Below are positions 34,338 through 45,192 of a stretch of 64,000 bases of DNA, piece after piece. Each line of letters opens with the position of its first letter. Within the stretch, counting starts at the first letter, position 1. The DNA comes from Lytechinus pictus (lineage: Eukaryota): the NCBI RefSeq assembly GCF_037042905.1, contig NC_087251.1, forward strand, positions 26,228,001-26,292,000, written 5' to 3'. Under the pieces are notes generated by a model, which did no database searches, was not told the DNA's origin, and worked only from the letters and a program-made list of their open reading frames with translations. A program made the translations under genes and the position numbers.

Positions 34338-36069
34338 TATAGGAAATCTGCATAAACCATGGACTCAACCGTGGGTTTTCAAATGTTCAATGTTGTGTAC
34401 GTGTATACACTTGGTATAACAGTCACCAGATTTATCATATGCAAGTGATAATTCACTGTTTTATGAATATTTCATATGTTTTGTGAACAAATTATTATTA
34501 TAGGGACAGTAATTGATAATTTGTGTATTTCAGCGGCATTATGTAAATCATGTAAGGTTTGTGTACAGTCCGAGAAGTTCTCAGATGAGAGACAATGACA
34601 CCCAAGGCAGAGGCAGAGATACTTGCATCAAGAATCAGCTGAAACCAAGATGAGACATGAGACACTCTCACTGTCTTTAGACAGGTCTCAAGACACTAAA
34701 GGTTGAAGTAAAGCAGCCAGATTAACTTATCAAAATCAAGCTTACTTTCAGTGTCTTGCCAATATCTCAGCCTCTGAGACAAGACATTTCCATTCAAGAC
34801 AGTAACCTAACCCAAGAGATAAGCGTCCAAGGCCAAGCCAAGAGACACAATCACAATCTCGAGAGACATGTTCGAAGATACCAACACTGATGGCTAGTAG
34901 AGGATAGACTGTAACATTCCTATTTTACAGATGTAAATTACAACCATTTTTGTTTACTTCTATTTTTATTTCAAAATTACAATTAAATGTTTCATCTCTT
35001 TGTAGCTTGCCATCGATCCGGATCAACCAAGCGAATAACCCTGATGTGGTCAGTGTATCACAGTATTACTCCACGGAGTTGGCCTATGTACAAAAGGTAA
35101 TCATAACTAATATTTTATTCCTCCAGTATTTTTCATTTCTTTCGATGTCTAGAGGGGCTGATTGAATATTGTGTTTAGATGCAATATAATACAATACATT
35201 CTATTATTGTATATTTTTGCACTCGCACTCGAAGAAATTTCAGATTTTATTTTACTCGCACCATAAAAAAAAGTCAGCTGACAGTTTTTACTAGGAGTTT
35301 TTAGGCTTTAAATTTGTTTGATGATATAAGATAGAAAGAAGAAAACATTTTCTTAATGAATAATTTGTATCTGACAAATCCCATAATTTTGTCCATCAGT
35401 GGTCATTCCAAATTATGAATTTCAGTCAATTTTATGATATGCTGAGATAATTTGGTGTACAATCTCTAAAGGTGAAGACTGTCTGGCATTGACTTCATTA
35501 GCATCATCAAATCATGTGATTGCGCATTCTCTTTTATTCAAGGGATGGAGTTTTGGAAACTGAAGAACTGCAAAAAAAAATGGCTAGTCAATGATTTTTT
35601 TATAAATTTCATTGCTGTATTCGGTATCGCTATGAAACACTCCTGTGTATATTTAGTTGTCTGATGCAGGCAAGACTTCCAGAGGCATTCCACTTATTAT
35701 TATTTAATAGATTTTTTTATCTATTACTTTTTCATTTTGTGATCACAAACTTAATGATAACTTTCATTGCTTTCTTCACAGCATAGTGTTGGTACCTGTG
35801 GACTAATCGAGCTTGACCGTCTGCTTCATAATTGTCAAAGAGTGAAAATACTTCATCACTAGTACTGAGAAGGGTGTCTTGAGGGACAAGGCTTGACTGG
35901 AGATGTTTGGTGTTCAGATGAATTCACTCAATCCAGTGAAAGGAATCATCGGTGAGTAGTAGAAACATATGAAGGGCAGTGGTGGGTAATGAATGAGATT
36001 TTGGTGATGATAACAGTACAGTCATGTTTGTGATCCGATATTGCTAATAATGATGACCATGGGGATCAT

Positions 36070-36154
36070 TATCATGATTATGATGATGATGACAGTGATA
36101 ATGATGATAATGATGATGATGATGATTATGGTGATGATGATGATGATTGATGAT

Positions 36155-36185
<31 letters not shown>

Positions 36186-36225
36186 GGTGATGATGATGAT
36201 GAAAAAAATGATGATGATGATGATA
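36070..36225. repeat. (GAT)n microsatellite
   Basis: Directly visible. Confidence 0.95.
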
Positions 36226-36776
36226 GTGGTAATGGTAATTTATGTGTGTATTAATGTCTATTGATCAGTCATTTCAAAATTATACATAGTTAAAAACGTT
36301 AGAGAATATAATTTGCATCTGAGCAAATACATAGTCTATGCAAAACATTACAAAAATGTTCAATTTGCAGCTGAGCAAATGGGATCAAATAAAACCGAAC
36401 AACTAAATGTATTTATTATGCTCACCCTTCCTGGTCCTCGCATATATTCTCTTCATCTTTTCATGAACTGTTAATAAATTTCTGGTAACCTGTCTACATC
36501 ATAGGTTTGATCAAATTAGACAAAAGTGATATAAATTCTATTGCAGAGTGATCAAGTTATAATGAAGGTATCATTTTACAGTTAAACTTCAAACTTTTTC
36601 AAATATCTGAAACCACCTAGCAATCCAATCCACTTTGCATGTATTTCCTTGATTTTTTCCCCCAAGCAAATGTACTTTACTGATTAAATGCCAGAATATT
36701 AACAATGAATAACCTAGGAGAACTTCTGTGTAACTAGAAAGATAAAAGGTGTACATACACATGTATTTGTAATAGT

Positions 36777-38502
36777 TTTTGTCTCACCTGCATATAGACT
36801 ATAGGCGCCGCTTTTCCGACGGCGGCGGCGTCAACACCAAATCTTAACCGACGGTTAAGTTTTTGAAATGACAGCATAACTTAGAAAGTATATTGACCTA
36901 GATGTTGTTTGAAGGTTTGCATGGTGGTATGTACAATCGCTGATGTGGTTTACGGTACACCATGTGAAGTGTTGTAGAAACAGTGGATAGGAGAAGAGAA
37001 GAAATGGATAGGCGAGAAAGTGGAGATTTGAGAGTAGAGTATTCTTTCTTGAAAGTAGTCCTGAAAAGGACTGTAAACCAGGAAAGATTGATGAGTTGAG
37101 AACAGCTTGAGTAGTAGAGCTAGTGAGGAGATGCTGGCTTGAGTCGGCGAGTAGAGATGATGAGTAGTAGAGAGACTCGACGTTTCGGACAGTCAACCTG
37201 CCCGAAACGTCGAGTCTCTCTACTACTCATCATCTCTACTCGCCGACTCAAGCCAGCATCTCCTCACTAGCTCTACTACTCAAGCTGTTCTCAACTCATC
37301 AATCTTTCCTGGTTTACAGTCCTTTTCAGGACTACTTTCAAGAAAGAATACTCTACTCTCAAATCTCCACTTTCTCGCCTATCCATTTCTTCTCTTCTCC
37401 TATCCACTGTTTCTACAACACTTCACATGGTGTACCGTAAACCACATCAGCGATTATATTGACCTAGTTCATGAAACTTGGCCATAAGGTTTATTACTGA
37501 ACATCCTGCCTGAGTTTTGAGTCACATGACCAAGGTCAAAGGTCACTTAGGGTCAATAAACTTAGACCATGTTGGGGGAATCAACATCAAAATATTAACC
37601 TAAGGTTAAGTTTTTTAAATGTAATCATAACTTAGAAAATATATGGAACTAGTTCATGAAACTTGGACATAAGGTTGATGAAGTATTACTGAACATCCTG
37701 CTTGAGTTTCACATCACATGACCAAGGTCAAAGGTCATTTAGGGTCAATGAACTTTGGCCAAATTGGGGGTATTTGTTGAATTACCATCATAACTTTAAA
37801 AGTTTATGGATCTGATTCATGAAACTTGGACATAAGAGTAATCAAGTATCACTGAACATCCTGTGCAAGTTTCAGGTCACATGATTAAGGTCAAAGGTCA
37901 ATTAGGGTCAATGAACTTTGGCCAAATTGGGGGTATTTGTTGAATTACCATCATAACTTTGAAAGTTTATTGGTCTGGTTCATAAAACTTGGACATAAGA
38001 GTAATCAAGTATCACTGAACATCTTGTGCGCATTTCAGGTCACATGACCAATGTCAAAGGTCAATGAACTTTGGCCATAATGGGGGTATCTGTTGAATTA
38101 CCATCATAAATTCGAAAGTTTATGGATCTGATTCATGAAACTTGGACATAAGAGTAATCAAGTATCTTTAAACATCCTGTGCAAGTTTCAGGTCACATGA
38201 CCAAGGTCAAAGGTCATTTAAGATCAATGGACTTTGGCTGTTTTAGATGTAATTATTAGATTGCTGTCATAACTTTCAAAGTTTATAGATATAGTGTATA
38301 AAATGTGGATATAGGGGTAATCAAGTATCACTGACAAGTTTTAGGTCACATAATCAAGGTCAAATGTCAATGAACGTAGTATTGTTTCATTATATGAATG
38401 GTGTTTTTTGTGAATAATTATTTTATAGTAGTTTTCAAAGTCAGCACTGCTGCAATATTGAATCACGTGATTCAGATGAGACCGCCAGAGGCATTCCACT
38501 TG
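36777..38502 (+). mobile_element. Second HINE-like element with ~5-6 tandem units, interrupted by a palindromic insert
   Basis: Same termini as 33565-34322 (tttttgtctcacctgcat ... gagaccgccagaggcattccacttgttttt). Confidence 0.8.
36902..37454. mobile_element. Palindromic insert with Penelope-like pseudo-LTR features, 13-bp TSD
   Basis: Arms 36936-37188 and 37202-37454 are reverse complements; centre cggacagtcaacctgcccg followed by CGAAACGTCG; flanking direct repeat tatattgacctag at 36889-36901 and 37455-37467. Confidence 0.8.
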
Positions 38503-39709
38503 TTTTTCTTTTATTTCATTTATTCCCCTTCAAACATGAAGATTATCACAATAACTCGCACATAATAATCAATGAAAATATGAATGTCAAAATATACATG
38601 AAATACACATATTACATCAATCACTAAAAATATGTGACACTAAAAGAAAGTTAAACAAAAATTAACATGGCCATCATGAAAAGGTGAATTACACAAAGGA
38701 AAATCCCCGGGAAGTCATAGTAACACTAAAAGAATTATGTATAAAACTTGGTCAATAGTGTAGAAGGATCTTGATTTGAAGTATATAGTGAAAAAAATTA
38801 TTGGTACAGCCAGGTATGTAGATATAATATTATTTACTGAATAATGAAATTATGTTGATAAACGTCATTAAGCAATGGAAAGTGGTTATAAATTATAACT
38901 GTATTCGTACTCCCAAAATAACAATTTTAGAATTACACATGGATAAGATTAGATTATTAAATGAAAATATTTGCAAGCCATTGTTCAAAGTATTTTCATT
39001 AATTTTCATTAATGCTATACATGACTTTCAAATTGACAAGTTATAACATTTTCAACGGGACAAGGAAAATTATGTTGTAAAGAGAAAACTTAAGTTTTTG
39101 TAGTACTTGATTAATATTATCAGAATATTATAACTGGTTCTTAAATAATACCTGAAGATAGATAAAAGGCAGCATGCTTGTTGAGTGAAGAAAATAAAGG
39201 ACATAACAAGGTCCGAGGGGACCTTGACAAGTAATAGTTGTCAAGTGACAAGTAAAAACAATGAAATTTCAGAAATTAACAATTTTTCTATCAATAGCAT
39301 CAGGGACATTTGTGTAGTAACTGAAGCATTTGTTGGGTTCATAACAGACCCTGCAACGAATATTGGTATCATGTTTACGGAGCAGCAGCACAGGTTTAAC
39401 CCATGATTGTTCAGCTCTTCCATTGCAGATTATGAATGATGTTAGGATGGCAATCTTAGACATGAGTGGGAAATATTTTCAAGGTTTAACTTTAACAGAA
39501 CAACAAACTTGTTAAGGCTTATGAGAAGCAATTTCCTGAATGTCTGAAATTTCTCACATTTCCTCCTAATATTTTTTATGTTAGGCTGAAAACGTACAGT
39601 TTATTCCCATATCAACTGATTTCTTATCGGTGTCAACAATGACAATGTCTGGGTGTTCTGCAGTTGTAATTACATCATGGTGCAGGTCCCCCATTTTATG
39701 TATGACCTG

Positions 39710-39979
39710 GGGCCCGTCTTACAAAGAGTTACGATTGATCCAATTTATCGTAACTCTATGGAAATCCATCAGTGTCATAAATTTTTCTACAGGAAATTTG
39801 CACAATGTCCTTTGTAAACAAAGAGAAGCGCAGTGAATTTTTAAGAAAATAATTAATGCATGAATATACATCATAGCTAGAAAATATTTTGAACAAGCAT
39901 GCCTAATAGATGTTGACATTGCTGGCCGTCCATAGTTGCGATTGATCGGATCAATTGCAACTCTTTGTAAGACGGGGCC
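39710..39979. mobile_element. Harbinger-type MITE, CTG TSD
   Basis: ctg|GGGCCCGTCTTACAAAGAGTT ... AACTCTTTGTAAGACGGGGCC|ctg. Confidence 0.88.
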
Positions 39980-40062
39980 CTGGTATATTGGCATACATGT
40001 ATATCAACAGATCAGTGTTGTTGATCTGTTCAGTGTCTGCACAACAAAGTTGATGATATCTA

Positions 40063-40328
40063 AGCCCCGTCTTACAAAGAGTTACAATTGATCCGATCAA
40101 TTGTAACTCTATGGACATCCATCAGTGTCATACTTTTTTCTACGAAAAATTTGCGCAATGTCCTCTGTAAACAAAGAGAAGCGCAGTGAATTTTCAAGAA
40201 AACAATGAATGCATGAATATACATCATAGCTAGAACATATTTTGAACAAACATGCATAATAGATGTTGAATTTGCTGGCCGTCCATAGTTACGATTGATC
40301 AGATCATAACTCTTTGTAAGACGGGGCC
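40063..40328. mobile_element. Second copy of the same MITE
   Basis: Closely similar to 39710-39979, same orientation, ~83 bp away. Confidence 0.88.
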
Positions 40329-43300
40329 CTGGTCTGTAACTAGTTCTTGAAAAAGAGAAGTGGCACAGATATCTATATTATTTCTTTGAAATATTCTTAA
40401 AATTCCATATGTCTAAAGCCTTATCAATAAGGAAATAACCAAACATACTGAGTTTAGGTTTCTTTGTATAAACCTTTCTTCCCTCATTTAAGCTAGATAT
40501 ATCCGTGAACATATTGAAGTGACCTGACCTATAAAATAATATTTGAATTAGAACTCCTTCCTTTCTAAAATCTGAATAATAGAATGCAAGAACTCTAGCT
40601 GTTCCTGCTCTTTAATACTAACTGGGAAGAAAACATTTTCGAGTACTACTTGCTGATTTTACTTAACCGTGAAAATGTACCTGACTTCAGTATCAAGAAA
40701 AGTATTTTTTGTGACACCTTTACCTTGGTTGACTATAAACGCAATTCCCATCCCACATAGTGCTCCAATTACGAACTATATCTCAAGTGCCGAAGGTTTC
40801 TTGAAGAAAATAATATGGCCCCTGTTTCCTATAAGTATAAACACCATCTGAAAATTAATAAAATTTAGCCCAACTATCCTTGATTACAATCACAGACATC
40901 AGTTGAAAACAATAATATATTATGTAGGTTACTCTGTACTTCTTCTTTTCTTTACACCGATACTTGGTTTGGTTTTTCTGGATTTTGCTTTTGAGCACTG
41001 AAATTTGTTCTGTAGATATTATTTCCTTCAGTACTGGTGTCTATCTCATAATTGTAAAACAACTATTTCAGCATCAATTATCATTAATTAATTAACTTAT
41101 TCGAATTTAAGTGATGTAAACTTTTCTCTTTCTCTATATTACGAAACATGTAATTCAGTATTGATTTATTTGCAGCTAAAGATGAGATCTAATGTAAGGA
41201 AAAGGAAAAGTATTTACTTATCCATTGGTGACAGGTCTATTTCTTTTGCAACCTTCCACTTCCACTTTCTTTGTATTTTTAACTGCCTTTCCCTGCCATA
41301 TAGCTGGATTTGTATATTGAGTACTTCTGCAGACTCACCAACCAATTGGTGATAGATAGAATTAATATATGCTGCAGAATCAAGAACCTTTTCCATTTTG
41401 TCTTCCTACTGCTCCTGGATATCACCGTTGGTGTGTTGCAACGACTCCAGAATCAGCACCATTATTTCCTATTGCTACGACGATTCCTCAAATCGAAACC
41501 TGGTCACTCCTTACCTATATCTTCCTTGTGATATAACTGGCTGCCTATTACTTGCTTTTGTATGTTATTCTCCTTCCAGCTCCATCCTAAAATGTCATGG
41601 ATCCCAGGAGGTCTGCAGGGAAGTGCCATTCACTCCAACGTTACTCCGTTTGCTCCAGATTGCAATATGCCCCTCTTGGTTCTTGCATGGAACCATTTGC
41701 CTGTGACATAGAGTTTTGCTGGCTTAGCCTTCGAGAAATAAGCAAGTTTTGCGGTCCTTCTTACTGCTTTCAATGCAGGAGCTTGTGCTTTCCTCTCTTA
41801 TACCTTATTCTTGTCGGTAAATCTTGTTTATGTTCATATTGGTCCCCTGAAGCAAGATAGCATATTGCATTCTATTGTTGACTTAATTGTCAGTGAATAA
41901 GAGAAAACCTGGCCTTTATGAGGCATGGTTTGTATGGGTATGTCGAACTTGTTGATATTCAAATCTTTTTCACTTATCTTCCTTTGTAACTTCTATGAGA
42001 AATTTGTTCAAATTTTTCTTAATTTGTTCCTCCTCTGTCCATATTCTGGGAATGGGATCCCCAGGAAAACAAGGTGTCCTGTGCTATGTACTTGTTTGAG
42101 GAAAGTCTGTCAATTTCATTTTTTTCCTCCTGAAATTCACTTCCTTCTTGTAGATTCTCTACCTTCGTGACTAATTCTTCCATTTCTTTCACTTGAAAAG
42201 TTATATATGAAACCAGTTCTTCTGTTTTATGATCCAAGGCTAATAACTGTTGGTTGATCTTTCAATAATAGTCATATAACTCATCTTCATTTCATATAAT
42301 ATTCCGATATTGGTATCAGGGCTGGATAGGATAGATATATACAGTACCCAACACTTGAGAGAGAAGCTACCTGGCAAATCCTTACCTATTGATAGCCATC
42401 TGAGTATAGTTTGTGATGATTATATTGATAATAATACTGATGATGTTATTTTGGGGTGATGGTCGCTGTGGTGGTGGCAGTGTTGGTGATATTGATTTTG
42501 ATTGTGGTGTTGATGATGCTGCTGCCGGAGATGAAATATTGTCAGATGTCGGTACATTCTTCCTTTAACTTGATCAAACTGTACTTACATTACCTGCCCA
42601 AGTTCTAACAATGCACATCAATTGCATTTTATGTTTACATTTGATTTCATCCATAATACCATTCTCATCCTCTTTCACTGCAAGTATACGAAACAAATAG
42701 AATTGATGTCACATTCTTACTTTACTCTCATGTGGATATGACACATTTCTGCTAAAAATAAGAATTTCTTCCATTGAAAGGTATTTTGTGCCCCCCCCCC
42801 AAAAAAAAAAAAAAAAATCACATTTTAAAAGTATTTTCCTTCTTTTCTAATCATTGTCCTGTAACAAAAAGGCATTATGCTTGATCATAGGGCTGTCATT
42901 ATGCAGAATCAAGTGTTCAAATCAAGTATATATGCTCAATCATAAAAGCTTTTTGTCACAAGACCCATTTCTAAGAGGCCTCCTTGCTATTATGGTTAAT
43001 TACATATTGTTGCTGAATATTACAAAAGCATTTATGATATTTCTCAGCATATTATCACTGATCATTTTACTGAATATCCTTTTTTCTTTTCCTTTGTTTC
43101 TTTTTTGCTATAGCAGTTATAAGAAGGGAGAGAATGCTAGATGAGGGATAAATGGATTCTGACCTTTTGAGTTATCTTGCCAAAGATAAAGGATCTATCA
43201 ACCTTGCAACAGAGGCTTAGGAGTGCAACACAGGTTAAAGAGACTGTGAAGGCTGTGAAAGCACTAGTTGAATCATAATGTAAGTCTCGAGCATGAATCT

Positions 43301-43860
43301 TGATTATTTGATCTGGTGACAATTGTACAACCTGCTGGATTACCTAGCACTTGTCATTGCATTTTTTTATGTTGTCGAGAAAAATGTAATAAATGGCACA
43401 AACAAACATAATGTATTTGCCTCATTTTTTTTTGGTGGGCCTTGAAAATAAATTACAGAATTTTGTGTCAATTTGATGACCTTGGACCCAACAACTGTAA
43501 CATGTGAACACATTTTCTCTTTCTCTGACTCTTCTGACGTTAGAATTTCTTAACCATGAGCATGTACATGTAATGGTGCAAACCCCTTCCAATCAAAATC
43601 TGTTCAAAAGTTTTGATTCAATTGTTTAATTATTTCCTCTGTCCATGTATCACAGTAAGATGAATGTATTTTGAAAAAAGCAATGTGTTAAGATATTATT
43701 TTGTTCTTTGACTTTACATCTACAGTCTTGTGACTCATGGATGCACCCCCTATCTGATGTTAATCATCTTCCAAGCGTGGATAAGAGAGATAGTCTACCA
43801 GAGATAAGGACACGATACAATCACCCTCTACATGGAATGTCAGTGTTTTTGTTTATATAA

Positions 43861-43998
43861 GGGCTCTGTATCACAAATGTTTGCAATCAGTTGCATATTG
43901 CAATGTCCAATCAAGATCGTTGTTGCATGCACCAGGAACCAATCAGAATGGTTGTTTTATATGTGCGTTCCATATCAAACATTTGTGTTAAAGGGCTC
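43861..43998. mobile_element. Small Harbinger-type MITE
   Basis: gggctctgtatcacaaatgtttg ... caaacatttgtgttaaagggctc imperfect TIRs. Confidence 0.55.
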
Positions 43999-44868
43999 AG
44001 ATGTGTAGAGGAGCAAACACCATTTTCTACTAATTTTTAAATGGATTTTATAGTGATTTTTATGTAACTCAGTAGAGCAGGTCCAAGCTATCATCACTTT
44101 GCTATCAGTTCACGGTATCTTAATTATGAACTCTAAAAGGCATACTTGCTAGGAGTCAAGACATTAATTTGTACATAAGTTTGGAAATGAGTTGCAAATA
44201 TTCCAGAGATTTTTTTTTTTTTTGGGGGGGGGGTGCTACTTTTTAGCTCACCAGCTGAAGTTTGATTGTACTACAGTTTACATTAAATCCTAAGGGAATA
44301 TCCAGAGCTCTTTTTTAGTTTTCATTGGCTCTTTTGGGGGTGAACTCGCCTTGAATATTGTGAGACTTAAGCCTAATGAGATTGGGGTATTGGGATATTG
44401 GCAAGACTGCTCCTCCCCACAAGATGTTTGCACGTGATTGTGACAAAAATCGACATGCATGTCACCCATGATGTACTCAAGAAAGTTGTACATTTGATTG
44501 TTTTGAAATGCTGAAAATTAATTTTTACATAATTGATTATGCTAATTTATCCATGGAATTAGAATTTAACTGTAAATCTATTAATGAAGCCCTTGAAATG
44601 CTATTTTTGCGTTGCGCAGACTTTTCACATTATGGATTTATTGCACAAATTTCAAGGGAGGAGGGGGGCTTTAGGCCTGCCCCTCCCCAACTCTTATTAG
44701 GGTTAAGCTTTGTGAAGTTTACTTTTCAACTTTATCTTGATATTTTTATTTCTGTTTATTTGTTTCGATTATTCTGCAAAAGTGGATCCAAAGGTTTTCC
44801 AGAGTTTTCGCCTATTGAGTTTTATCTCTGGTTTTTTACCCTGGGTCTACTTGTCGTAGAATTGTTAA

Positions 44869-45192
44869 AGGGGAATTCAACCTTGGTCATAAAGTGACGT
44901 GTGAGAGAAAAATTAGATAATGAGAATGGTGAAAGATTGAAAGAAATCAGACAAGCCTTACCGAAGTTACGACTGTTTTAAGAAGAAAATTTGAATTTGA
45001 AATTTGCATTTATATTGCAATTTGGTGACAGTTTGAAGTCTTCATATCTATAGTTATTACAACTATTTACAACATTTAGAAATTCATAACTTTCTTATTG
45101 TTTATTTGATATTCAAACTTTCACCTTCATCTCCATGTCTGATTTTTCCTTTTCCTCTAAACACAACATTTTAATTTGGGTTGGATTCTCCT
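44869..45192. mobile_element. TTAA-type (Kolobok-like) MITE
   Basis: ttaa|AGGGGAATTCAACC ... GGTTGGATTCTCCT|ttga. Confidence 0.6.

Larger units (their letters stand above)
31862..34384. mobile_element. Palindromic MITE (GGCCCGAATTCAC end) split by nested elements
   Basis: Hairpin centred on tcatgagtccact..agtggactcatga (~32051-32083); the right arm resumes at 34338 (ggaaatctgcataaaccatggactcaaccgtgg). Confidence 0.75.
31093..35951 (+). pseudogene. WASHC5: Fragmented, unprocessed WASH complex subunit 5 (strumpellin) pseudogene; exon relics 31093-31424, 35006-35096, 35782-35951
   Basis: [29 protein letters not shown][MITE]TINIGEE...[54 protein letters not shown]...VLRDK...MNSLNPVKGII. These match strumpellin segments as I recall them, in the correct order; splice sites retained, with stops and frameshifts. 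Confidence 0.85.
39240..40360 (-). mobile_element. RLE-type non-LTR retrotransposon 3' fragment nested in the L1-like relic
   Basis: After removing two MITEs it reads ..DIINFVVQTL...YANIPGHT.NGG.LHHDVITTAEHPDIVIVDTDKKSV..E.TV.F..NI (PD-(D/E)xK RLE motif). Confidence 0.62.
38510..42400 (-). mobile_element. Decayed L1/Tx1-like LINE (ORF1 coiled-coil relic, APE N-terminus, ORF2 C-terminus); RT core missing
   Basis: ORF1-like ELVTKVENLQEG, HLVFLGIP and LQGTNMNI.QDLP; APE-like FLQETFGT...W...WDG...KGV (~40700-40830); C-terminal FINIISLFSK..YIY (~38810-38870); many stops. Confidence 0.6.

Noticed and set aside
37170..37220. Intact hammerhead ribozyme
   Set aside because: Only the stem II/GAAA half is present; no CTGAnGA precedes it on either strand
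33640..38400. Regular repeats as a CRISPR-like array
   Set aside because: Whole ~160-bp units repeat with no unique spacers; eukaryotic context and no cas genes
43114..43280. Exon-like segment (also 47140-47367, 57000-57275 and 61340-61447)
   Set aside because: Plausible splice signals, but stops in the frames examined and no recognisable protein
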